This document shows, one piece after another, positions 25,125 to 37,038 of a stretch of DNA of 64,000 nt (the stretch's first letter is position 1; every line of letters starts with the position of its first letter). The notes beneath the pieces are model-generated. The model saw nothing but the letters and a program-made list of their open reading frames with translations. It did not search any database and had not been told where the DNA came from. The DNA comes from Atractiella rhizophila. Lineage: Eukaryota. A program made the position numbers and the translations under genes. The stretch is taken from the NCBI GenBank assembly GCA_021432655.1, contig MU271227.1, positions 1 to 64,000 of the forward strand, written 5' to 3'.

Positions 25125-25728
25125 ATGTCCAACGACAAGAGTGTAACGTCCACAGAAGAACGGCAGGAGGAGTCGCCTTCCTTTTTTTCGACTGTGGCCT
25201 CATTTTTCAGTCCTTCAGTCGCTCACGCGGAAGAAAAGGCGGAGGAAGCCGAGGGTGAATCGGAAGCTGCAGCTGAGGAGGAGGAAGAGGCAGAGCCTGA
25301 GGACGTGCGTTATTCCTTAATGTTTGGCCATGGCATTGGTGTTGAGGTTTTTTCATCGGCACAGCCTGCTCCTGAGATCCGGGAAGGTGCGTTGAACACT
25401 AGGCAATGTGATGAAGAGCTCTGAGACGGTGGTGTGTAGCTTGCGCGGAAAGCAAGACCTGTGGTGCGGCTAAGCACCACTTCGAACACTGCCAAGAGAG
25501 GATTGCGGAGGGCAAGACCCAGTTCCCTGGCGAGACCTGCATCGAAGAGCTATGTGCGTCTATCTCCCGCTCTTCCTTCAGAGCAAGAGCAAAAGCTGAC
25601 ACGAAGTTTACAGTTCACCTCATGCACTGCGTGGATGAATGCGTACGTCAATCTTTGCCCACAATTGACTTAGGTTGATGTCGCTCCGGGTGCAGGCTGC
25701 TCCCAAAATTTTCTCCAAGCTGAAGTGA
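25125..25728 (+). CDS. QCR6: Cytochrome bc1 complex subunit 6 (hinge protein)
   Basis: Acidic N-terminus, then EPEDPAPEIREACAESKTCGAAKHHFEHCQERI...ETCIEELFHLMHCVDECAAPKIFSKLK*. Four introns. Confidence 0.93.
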
Positions 25729-26049
25729 TGCAGTGATGTAGAATGCAGCGTTAACTAGGCCGTAATTCATGCCAACACTAGCAGCTCGCGAGAGTATCAG
25801 ATTCTTTCTACCGACCTCTCCCCATAAAGTCCATCTGTGTGCCCCGGGTTTTTTGACATGCTGCTCAGTGGAGCAAACCCACTCAAATGTATATGCCTTG
25901 CAGCGAACCATTTTTTTATTGCTTTGTTCGTGTTTGAAGAGAGGTTTGGTTCCAGAATGCGACATTTCGCTATTCCATCACGGACTTGCACCACCACTCA
26001 GTGGTACTTGAATCGTGCTACAAAAGCTTGAACGTCTTGAACAATTTTC

Positions 26050-26913
26050 ATGCTTGCCCGTCTGAAGCACCTGTCTGCAGCACTCCCAATCTTCTCAACG
26101 TCTCAGCGAACAGTTCGAACCATGGCCCAAGCTGCGAATCCTGAGAATACTGAAACGGCCATTGTGGCCAATGGATGCTTCTGCAAGTCCTGCTTCATCA
26201 GAACGAGTTGCGGCTGAACTCTTGCCCTTTGATCTGGCTTGAAGGGGGAACCGAGGTGAGTTTCTCTTCGTTTTTCTACGTTTGCTTGGAAATGGGGTTG
26301 GTGGCTGAGTTTGCATTACGATGGAATGATTAGCATATGTATCGAAAGCACTACGATGGCAAGGGCCTGCTCGACGCTGAAGTTGGTTTTATCGGTGGAG
26401 ACCTGTCGAACCCCAGCTACCGTCAGGTGTGCAGCGGAACTACCAACCATGCTGAAGCCACCAAATTGGTGTTTGACAACTCGAAGGTCTCTTACGAGGA
26501 GCTGATTGAGGTCAGCGATCTTTCGCGCAACTTGGAAGGGCATAACCGTGAAGAAATAGTTTCATTATCGCATGCATGATCCCACAACTCTCAACCGGCA
26601 AGGGGGTGACATTGGAACGCGTTCGTGCCATTCTCCTCCTTTTTTATCCCTCTTCATCCCAAGCTTCCATCTCCCACTCACAACCGTTGCAGAATATCGA
26701 TCCGCGATCTTCTACCTCAATCCCCAGCAGAAAGAGATCGCGGAGAGGGTGACAGAAAAGGTTCAGAAAGAACGCTTTGATCCTAACGGCAAGAAGATAG
26801 TCACCCAAATTCTGGAGGCTGGCGAATGGTGGCCTGCTGAGGATTACCACCAGAAGTACCTCATCAATAATCCTAGCGGGTATCACTGTCCGACTCACAG
26901 ATTGTACGCCTAG
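26050..26913 (+). CDS. msrA: Peptide methionine-S-sulfoxide reductase
   Basis: Spliced ANGCFWGTE catalytic motif, VGFIGG, YRQVCSGTTNHAEA, HDPTTLNRQGGDIG, YRSAIF, WWPAEDYHQKYL. Confidence 0.95.
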
Positions 26914-27590
26914 TTTTCTACTTCGTTGTGCCCGTGCTGAAACGAAATTAGGTATTGGTAAAGTTCGCAGAATATTCAATGTATTGACAATCAATGTATC
27001 GGGTCGTGGAATAAATGTTTACTTTTCTCAAGCGATTTTGTACTTCCCATGCGCCGAGTCACTTCGAAACCATGTCACAATCGGAACGATGAGATCTATA
27101 GAACCTGATAGGATCATTATTAGAGCTACATTTGAATCCAGAGCAAAAAATCGAGGTATTTGATACATTCTTCCTTTCTGTTTCCGCTTTGATGATAAAC
27201 AGTCTGTTGTCTTCTTTTGAACAAGCTACAGCGGCAGGGAAGTAAACTGATGCCCAAAACACAATTCTCTTTCTTTTACTTTCACGCAATCAGTCAGGCA
27301 ATCCATCAATCAATCAGTCAGGGATCTCAAATCAAAAAGCGAAGGAATAACTTTCCCAGTTGAAGGGGAACTATGGTCTTAATGCCGAGAAACTGAAATT
27401 TGCGAACCAAACCATGGATGGTAAGAATGTAGATCAGAATAAACCGAGAGGGAATCTCAAGCCAAATGGGGTGGAACAATCCAACTCAACAGAACAGATG
27501 CAGGCAGTCGTGAGGTGAGAAAGTTGACATGAACAAGGTCGTAATGTTGGCGGGATGACGGATGATGAGATAGACAGCGTCATGTGATGG

Positions 27591-30270
27591 TTACGCTGGC
27601 TCGGAAGTCATATGCTGGGAAGAAGTGCCATAAGGGTAGGAGTAGCCGTTAGTGGGACCAACGGAGTTGCCAAAGGCGGCGGAGGTGGGATTCGCAGCTG
27701 GGTAAGAGGATGGCAAAGGATAGGAGGAGGTGGGTTGATAGTAAGTATAGGACTGGGGAGCGACTGTGGTGGGAGGAACGGGATGAGACATATCACTGTC
27801 GTTGTTGTGAGCGAAAGAGTCGATCCTTGGCTTTTTTGCCTTCCGACTATCGTCCATAGCGCCATCCGCGTTCCAGTTGTAATATCCAGAAGCTTCACCG
27901 TGCGGTTGGGCGACGCTGGAGTTACCGGTACCATCTTGGGAATAGGAGCGAGGCAGAGAGGCGTAGGTTCTCTGAACCTGAGGAGCCTCTTTGCCCGTCT
28001 CCTTCGAGTTCATGCTCGGACGTCGTCCGGGAGGTTTCCAACCAGGAATATGCGGTCCGCCCTTCACGTCGCTCTCCGAGTGTCGACGGTTGGCGGTTGG
28101 AGGTACAACCTTCTCGCTCGACGCAACGGAGACGCTAGCTTTGCGCTTCCTCCCATTGTTACCAATGGGACGAGGTGCTTTATGCATTTTCGCGCTACGG
28201 ACGAGGTATCAGTGTCACGTGATAGAGAAAAGCGAAGGACTAACTAGAGAGCACACGCATTGCAGAGCAGTTGACCGTCGACCTTTCTCCACACTGCCAA
28301 GGGATAAGCGAGACGCAAAAGTCAGGGAAGAAAGCATACTGGGAGTTTGATCAGCCTTGCAATTCTTACAATGGACGGGTCCTTCCGCTGTCATCTTCCT
28401 AGGAGGAGGGGCGGACGTGGTCGTCGTCGACGTAGAAGAGGAAGCCGGAGCATGGTGGTGCTTCGCGGCGGGGGCAGCAGCAGGGGCCTTGTGACCGAAG
28501 GATTTGGGACGATGAGTCTTATGAAGCTTCAAGTAGAGGCCGCAGCTGCTCACCCAAAGTGTGAGCAGAGCTTCTCAAGAAGGGAAAGGGAGGAACGAAC
28601 GCGTTGCAGAGGAGTTCTTCATTGTTCCCTCTCCGCCACAACGGCGTCTGGTAAGCCCCGCAATTGGAGCATTGGGGTCTCGAGTCGCTGGCAGACACGT
28701 GCATGGGAGCTTGCGTCGCATGAGGGTTCTTATGTTTCTTCTGCGTCCTCTTCTCAGTCTGAGGAGCAGGGATAGCCTCCACTGTCGAGGGGGCATCCTC
28801 CTTCTGCGAGACGAAAGCCTGGATGGCGGATCCATGATGATCCTGATTCGCAGGCTGATTATATCCCCACATTGTTGTCGCAGCGGTGGTTTCGATGGGT
28901 TCAGGGAAGACGGGAGGCAGGAGAGGCGGGTGCCAAACTGCCAGTCTCGTGCTCGAAGTCGTCGAGTGGCGAGAGGAAGGCGAAGAAGAGCCAGTCGACT
29001 CGGGGGACGAGGACCTCCTATTCTCTTCGATGGGAAGGACGGGGTCGACGGGCGGCAATTCGGCGTGCTGTTGCTTGAACCTGTCCGGTGTAACAGTGAC
29101 ACCGAGGCTGTAGTCGAAGTTACTCAGAGGAAAGGCGAGAGGAGGGTGGAAATTGGGATCCCACGGATGCACGGGAGCGGCAGGATGAGAGGTCGCGTCA
29201 ACGGTCTGAGTGCCTTGGTTCCTTTGACCTTCACCCTCTCCTTGATTGGGAGGAGAATCAGTTTCAGCGCCATCGATTTCGACGATGGCAGGAAGGCGGG
29301 TGCTGTTCATGGCCTCGCGTTCGATGTCTTGCAGGAATCCGTCGAGGGGGAGTTCGACCACGGGTCGGGAGGATCCAAAGGCGAAAGGATCCCAAGGAGC
29401 AAGGATGGCAGACGGATGGAAGTCAGAGAACATGGAGTCGAAGCCTGAGAAGAACATAGAGTGTTGGACAAATTCACGGTCTTGTTCAGTAAGGTCTGGA
29501 GGGTCGAAAAGGTTGTTCTCGACTTGGATGTGGTGGGACAGCTCGTGACTGGAAATGCTGGAAGGACTCGGAGTTCTCAATTCGGGATAAGGACCACTCG
29601 CAGGCATGTAAGCGCCATAGCTGGAGCTCAGCGTTCCCGTGCCGACATCGGTCATGTTGATGGGAGCAGGGGTAGGGGCTTCGTTGACCTCTCAGTCGAG
29701 GAGCTTCTAAAAAGAAGGGAACAAACCAATGATGCCTTCTCCATATTTTCCCGCTATAGCCGAGGAAGTCTTCAGAAGCTTCTCTCTTTGAATGGAAGGC
29801 TGATTCATGACGGACGCCACGAGCATTTCTTGAATGCCAGAAGCAGGGTTGGTCTTTGCGGCGGTCGGCTGCTGAACGTTCTTTGAGTCCCACTCGCTTC
29901 CTTGAGTAGCTTCCATGAGGGCGGCCATCCTCAAACGTTCGATCCTTCTCCTTTCTTCTCGCTCTCTATCTTTGGCCCTGACGGCTTCTAAGGCTCTTTG
30001 TCGTTCTAGAAGTTTTGCACGTTCTGCTTCGTCGGCAGCTTCGAACTGTTGGAGGAGGGCAGAGGCTGGGGTGTACTGAGGTGGTTCGTAGTACGTTGAA
30101 TACTGAGGTTGGTTGTAGAACGAATAGGGATAAGCGCTGGGGTTTGTGAACGTTGGTGGTTTCGGTGGCAAGGATGACTTGGAGATGATGTTGGTGGTAA
30201 CTTTGGGGGTCCGACGAAGGACAGGTGCTTCTAATTCGTCGAGTGGTTTGTTGCGGTCTTTGTCAAGCTG
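27591..30270 (-). CDS. GATA-type transcription factor with two zinc fingers (5' end uncertain)
   Basis: [28 protein letters not shown] and CKNCKADQTPMWRKVDGQLLCNACALY after splicing. The upstream ORF 29707-30171 joins in frame through an intron of about 47 nt. Confidence 0.85.
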
Positions 30271-33200
30271 TGCGGGGAAAAGGAAAAACAGTCAGCCACC
30301 AATCGCACGACAGAGGCGACAGAAGCAACGGAAGCTGTGGAGTGGTCGTGGAGGGGTGTGTACCAGAAAGTGACGTTATAAGTGAAACCGTCGTAAAAAG
30401 TCGTTGAAAGCCACAAGGATCAACAGAAAAAAAAACGATCAAGGGGTCAAAAAATACGGTCAAAACGCTGGTCAATGCGACAGCGGAGTCCCCTTGGCCA
30501 GGCCTGAGGCTTATAAGGGCATTAGGGGACAGAGAAGGAATGGCGCCTTCTAAAGGATCTGAAGCTCTCGTGGATCGTTCTAATCCACTGAAACTTAGGA
30601 CAACCGATGTTGGGCAATATTGCTTAATAAGGTTCATGAACGCGCGGCTTGCCTTTTCTCCGGTGCTCTTACTCAATTTCTGCCAGATCTTTCAGCAAAC
30701 AAACCTCCGGGTTAAATTTCGAAACTCTCACCTTAAATTCCCGTTTGCCTTTCGACGAATTCAGCTGTCCGTTCGCAACCAGGGTCGAATGCAAGTGCCA
30801 GAGTCTCCAGCTGGGGAAGAGTCAGTTTCGCCTTCCTTCCGTTTGCAGACTCGCCTGAGGTTTTCGAGTCGTTGTCCTTGCTCCAAATGAGCAGCCACCT
30901 GGATAAATTCCATGTTCGCGTGGACAAAGAGCGTGGGTAGTGGGGGACAACGAGATGCAACGCGCGGAGGTGAAGCAAGACGGCAAAGTTAGAGGAACGC
31001 TTCATGAGCACTTTATCGCTCCAGAGAGATAAAAGTACGGACCTTGGTGCACACTTTGTTAGAAAGCCCACTAGTCAGCACATCCACCTGTCAGAGCGAA
31101 AGCAAACAAACGATCACCTTTCCACGTCCTGCGAAGCCCCTCCTCGTCCGAAAGATTCGAGAAGGGAGAAAACGATTTATTGCCCTGTAGAACAGATGAG
31201 TTCGAGATTGCAACAAGGGAAGGCAACAAGGATTCGGGAGCGCGACGCGAGCACGGAAGACATTGCGAACGCCAATACACGATGAAGTGAATAGAGTGCA
31301 ATAGAGGAAACACAAAGAAGCGCGACTCGACCAACAGGTCAATAGGGAGTCCGCCACATCAACACAGGCTATCGCCAAAGAATCCTTCGCGAGGTGGGTA
31401 GCTTTGGACGATCCTCTTGAGCAAAATGATCTCTTGGGCAAAATGCAGCTCTAGAGTTGTCTGCACCTGCACAGCTGTCAAAGTCCAAATTTTAGCAGGC
31501 TGCTGTTTACTCCTCCACTTCGCTCCATAAAACCGGTTCCAGAACCACTTATCGATTTCAAAGCTCACCTTGAACTTCAACACGAACGGCGCCATGTCAA
31601 ATCCACAAATTCCAAAGTGCCCTAATCAGGAGGATCGATAGGAGGTAAAACAATCTTGTTTGCTCGCTTGACTACTATCACTTGACTATCACTTGAAATC
31701 GAATGTTAGTTCAAGCCAAAGGCAAGAAAACAATCTGCAACAGCAAATACTCCAACGTCAGCCTTTCTCTATTAAACATGAGCATATTTGGCAGAGAGCT
31801 CACCGCTTGTGACACGTCAGACCGTGGGACCCAAGACCTGAACAAGGTGAATGGGTCGTTATTTTGACCAAGTTGAGCGACGCGAATTGGCCGAATGTGG
31901 GTTTGTCGAAGCCGGTTTTGTTTTGCGCTCAGAGTGCAAAGAAGCAGTTTATCAAAGCAGACCGCGACCAAAGCTGGGCTAGGTGTCCGACACGACTTAT
32001 GCAGGCCAAGGTGGGGCCCCAGAGTTTTTCCAGTTGGGGGAAGCGGAACTGAGGGGAAGGCTCGCTTTTATCAGCAAATCGATGGATTAAGTGTCGTGGC
32101 CGACTCCTCCCGGTCACCCACAACCTTCCCACAACTCCGCATTCTCAATGACCTGAACGCATGCTTCCCGGAAATGAGCACCAGCTTCGAGCTTTTCTTC
32201 ATTTAAAAGCGCCTCTGGTAAGAATGTTCAGACTCATGGAGCGCCAAAAACAATGATTGTCTGTGGTGGGGACGCCTGCGCTTGCACAAGGCAAGAAAAT
32301 TGTCGAGTAGAGGCTGCACACTAGCACCGAGGTTGTTGATGATAGAATTCAAGAGCAACTTTTGCTTGGTTGGGTGAGCTTGGAGAATGTTCGATGCGGA
32401 CGAGTGTTCACTCTGCTGTTGAGCATGCCCCAAGGTTGATCAATACCACTGATGAATTATCCTCCAAACAGCCTGAAAGGACCGTTTCAATGGAAGGACG
32501 ATTTCAACCAGGCCAACCCGACAAAATCCCAACGCCCCAACCATGTTGACTTCTTTGGCAGAGAAATGGATATAAACATTTGCTCCCTTCGGATGATAAT
32601 TCGTAGGAGCGAAGGTGGACAGGACGAGAAGACTCGTGAAAGATGCACGGCTCTCACTCCCGAAAAGCGTGTGGGGAAGAGAGATGCAAAGCTCAGATTG
32701 GTTGCGAGATTGCGTCTGGCTCCAATCAAACGGTCTCGTCAACTGTAGTTTCAGAACGCTGGGGAGGATGGTCTGGCATGCTGCCTGGGGAGAAACTAGT
32801 TGCAAAGCATTCTGCGTCCACAAGGCTGAGCGTTTGCCCTGCGGCGTGAAGTGAACAGAAATGCACCAGACCTGACAGAAAGTGCCTCTTGGTTAAGTGT
32901 GCTCCTGTCAATCCTGCAGGCTCCAGTCGTCGTAGCCCCCCGGGCATTGTAATTCCGAAACAATCATGGTCTTCGCTCTTTCTGGCATTTATATTCCATG
33001 CTTCTATGCAGAAGGTGCGTGTGTGGAACCTCTGCACTGTCACAAAGTCTCAGATGTGGCTTAGTAGTTTTGTCAAAAACTTTTCACTTCTCATAGAACA
33101 GTGAGTAGAGGAGATTGCAGCAACGACAGCAATATAAATAAGAATGCTACGGGAAGTGCTGACCAAGAGGAAGCCGAGCTGATGGCAGCCATGGATCCGT

Positions 33201-33824
33201 ATGATTGTCATGATGTGAAACCTTTTAGCTGAGAACAATTAGCCAGCTTCATCGAGGTGCGCAACAGGGTTTCATCCAAGTCCTGATATATTTATTGCGT
33301 CCCGTTACATGCATAAGACGAACCAGTCATCGTAGCACATCGATGATGCCCAAGGAAGAAGTTGCATTGATCCTTTGACCTCTTAAATAAGCACTATAGT
33401 CGGATCCAACCAATCTTCGGATATGAAGTTTGCAAACCTTTCGGTGTCGCGGATCCGAGCACTGTGAGCTCATGAGGATAAAAGGTAACCAGTGTCATGA
33501 CGAGGCACCAAAGTTCTAGCATGTTCGAGACGAAACTGATATCGCATCGCCATTCCCATTGCAATCTACAATGCTATCAATCAAAGGAAGACTCACGACA
33601 CAAACTCCCTTAGCACCTAGTGGATACACGCTGTCGGCTTGATTTCCAGGCTTCTTAGACACAGATCGACATGCCCTCCATGGCATCAGACCTGCTAGAT
33701 TGATCAAATGTTGGACATTGTTTTGTTGGGCGTTGATGGCTGCAATTTCAAATCAAGTTCTCCTGAAATTCACCAACCTTCGTCCAAGCGGCAAGAGGAA
33801 TAGGATTACACTGCCCTAGCCAGG

Positions 33825-36714
33825 ATGGTCCACTGCCTCAGCCTCCTGCTCGCGCTTCCTTTCGCCTCAGCGACCTCCCTCCGCAGCACCGACTTCTTCC
33901 GCCTCTCCTCCCTCGGTTCCAACAACTTGGGGCTTTACAAACTCGTCTCGTCCTACGAATCTCAGCAGCGCCAACTCCAGGAGAAAGAACAGCTTTTGAT
34001 CCAAGGTGCAGCTGGGGAGTCACTAGGATGGATGGAGCTGGAGAGCAGCTCGCAGAAAGATGAGAAATATGGACCTCACTTCTTCGACCAGCGCGTATCG
34101 CATGATCCGAAGAGCGAATACTTCAATGTTACGTTCAAGCAGAGGTATTGGCTAGATGATACGTTTTATGAACCCGGTGGGTAAGTAGTCTGCTAACTGA
34201 CTTGTAATTTGGAGAAGGGCGGGCTGTTTGTTTGTGTATTCTTATGCGCGTCTGCTTCCTTTGGGCAGCAGCTGGAGCTTGCCTATAAAAGAATCCATAC
34301 CATCATCAGTGTGTGAAAAGATTCCATTTTATCGTGTGTCTGTGACGACTCTTAGTTAGCAAAGGAGGCAAAGGTGATATGCCTCGTTCAGGACCAGTGT
34401 GCCGTGCGTTGCATCCCGCAAGAGGTGCCAGTTATTACCAAGCTGACAGCTTGGAGTATGACATTGCTTGTTAAATTCAATTTATCTTCTTTGTAGCTTG
34501 TTTCAAGCTCTCTCCTTGACTATATCATTTCTAATTTGATCAGTGGTGTTGTCACTTCATCTCGCAGCTATTATCAAATTGGAAAGTAGCGGCAATGTTC
34601 AGTTTGTCACTCTTCCCAAATTCCCAACTGCTCGATTGGTCTGAAGTTCACAGATTGGTGCTTGGCTTGTTGAATCTAGAACTGAGCAACATGTGCCCTT
34701 ACTCTTGATATCTGCCGTGGGAGAATGAGGTGACTCAATGAAAGAGGACCTTTTTAGCAACTGGCTCGCTCGGCAGGCTAGAAGAAGCCGACGTCACATC
34801 TCAACAGTCACAGGAGCTCTCGAGCAACTTTTAGTTAACATCTGGTTATTTTGTACAGACCCATCATCCTTCTCGACGGTGGGGAGACGTCAGGAGAAGA
34901 TCGCATTCCCTTCCTCGACCGCGGTATCTTGTATCGACTATCGAAAGAGCTTCACGGACTAGGGTACGTTTACTTCCTTTTTCAAAACAACAAACATCTA
35001 AAGAAACGAAACAGGATAGTTTTTGAGCATCGTTACTACGGCGAATCTTTCCCTTTCCCTAACATCAGTACCGACTCTCTTCGTTTCCTGGACACTCTTA
35101 CCTCCATCCACGATAATGCCTATTTCGCAAAGACCGTCTGTCTGCCTTCTAGGAGGTTCCGAAAGATCGATAGCGACCCGGTCACTCATCCGTGGATCAT
35201 TTACGGTGGAAGTTATGCTGGCGGAAAGGCGGCGTTTACTCGATCTCTCTATCCCGATGTGTTCATGGGTGGCATCGCTTCGTCAGCCGTGACGGTATGT
35301 CTTCTACCTTCTACCTTTAACCGTTTTGTTTCGTGGGCAGTGTTGATTTGTCCCTGAATGGGAGCTCAGCACGCGACAGTCAACTACTGGGAATACCTGG
35401 AGCCCATTCGTCTTTCTGGACCGCCGAAATGTATCGAAATGCTGCTCAACCACGTCAAAGTGGTCGATACCGTCTTAGGGTGGGGCCAGGAAGGGTTGAC
35501 GACGACCATGAAGAGACAATTCGGACTGGAGAACGTGACGAGTGATCAGGACTTTGTCTCTGTGCTCCAAAGCCCGATGGGGATGTGGCAGGGAGGAAAT
35601 TGGGAGGATGGACCGGTTGGAAGGTTTGAGAGGTTCTGTGAGGTTCTGTGAGGAGATTTTGGCGGAGGGAGAGAGAGTGGATGAGATGGAGAAAAGGAGT
35701 TTGGTGCAGTGGGAGACTATCGAGACGCTGATCACGAATTTGGCGAAGCAATGGAACGCTGTGGGACCTATAGAAAGGGTGAAGAGCTTCAGATTGTATG
35801 CCGAATGGGTAAGTCCCTCTCTCCCGTGTATAATGTGTTTGAAGGTATGTGGAACAGTTTAGGAAGAACGTTGCTGCTTTGTGTGAGGAAGAAGATCAGG
35901 ACAAATGCTTCGGAAGTGATAATGAGGAGGACTACCAAGATGTATCTTTGGATCAAGGCATGTGGAGGGCTTGGCATTATCAAGTTTGCACAGAGGTTCG
36001 TCCCCCCTCCTTTATGAGAGCGAAACTGAGGGTTATGTAGTGGGGATACTACATTGTGTGCGTCATCGTCTTCTCATATTTCAAAGAATGAATTTGACGA
36101 ATAAAGGTGTGTAGTGCGGCACCGGAAGACCAACCAAGCCTTGTTTCCCGCTTGCTCGATGTTCCATACCACCATAAAACCTGCGCCTACGCTTATCCAC
36201 CGGGCAAATTGAATCGTTAGTCGGCTTGATCTCTTCCTTTACCGCATCTCAGAAACCAGTATCAGGTATTCCTCGCTGGCCGGACGTCAAAAAGATCAAT
36301 CAATATGGCGACTTCAACTACTCGTTCCCCCGTTTGGCGTTCATCGATGGTTCTGCTGACCCATGGGTATATGCTACGCCCCATTCGCCAGAGAACCCAG
36401 CTATTAAAACGCGCCAAAGTACGACTAGCGAACCCTTCATCATGATCCCGAACGCTCGACATCATTACGACGAAAACGGCTTACGGTTCGTTGTTTTCCT
36501 CCACTCCATGTTCACACTAATTAATCATCGGTGCGCCATGTCCAGTGATTGGGAGAATGAGCCGAAAGAGATTAGGAAAGTTCATGAGGAGGAAGTTGCT
36601 TTCGTGAAAGCTTGGTTGGGAGAGTGGGACAATGAGCTGGAGAGGAAGAAGAAGTGGAGGATGGGACCTTGGAGGTTGGGGAAAGCTGGTGCTCCAGCAA
36701 TGGATGATGTATGA
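33825..36714 (+). CDS. Secreted serine peptidase, family S28 (frame disrupted at 35631-35650 in this sequence)
   Basis: Signal peptide; FFDQRVSH, TFKQRYW, EPGGPIILLDGGE, EHRYYGES, nucleophile motif GGSYAG, WHYQVCTE, FIDGSADPW, HHYDEN. 678-nt first intron. Confidence 0.9.
35631..35650. repeat. 10-bp perfect tandem duplication (aggttctgtg x2) inside an S28 exon
   Basis: Read directly from the sequence. It creates a TGA ending at 35651. Confidence 0.9.
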
Positions 36715-37038
36715 TACGTTGATACGTTGTGGGTTCTCCGCTTGCCAATTGAGGACATAGGAGAGCTGATGAAACAGCAGGTTGGTTTAGTATACCAATA
36801 TTGTAGTTCCAAAGCGCTTACTCGGTCCACTGGACTAGCGTCTGGTGTGGAAAGGATCTCTGATGATTAAGATCCATACTTCACGACTTCAGGAGGAGAC
36901 TCAAAATTTGAAAGACTCGAGGACTAATATCCCAGGAAATGACACCAGCACAAGCAGTACACGAGGATTTTGACATTGTCTAGATACAAAACAACTAATT
37001 TCGACATGAAGTATTTAGTGCAGATCACCCGCAGATCA

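Noticed and set aside
31000..33700. Short ORFs in the long GATA/S28 intergenic region
   Set aside because: No consistent exon chain or domain. Probably regulatory DNA or an unrecognisable relic.
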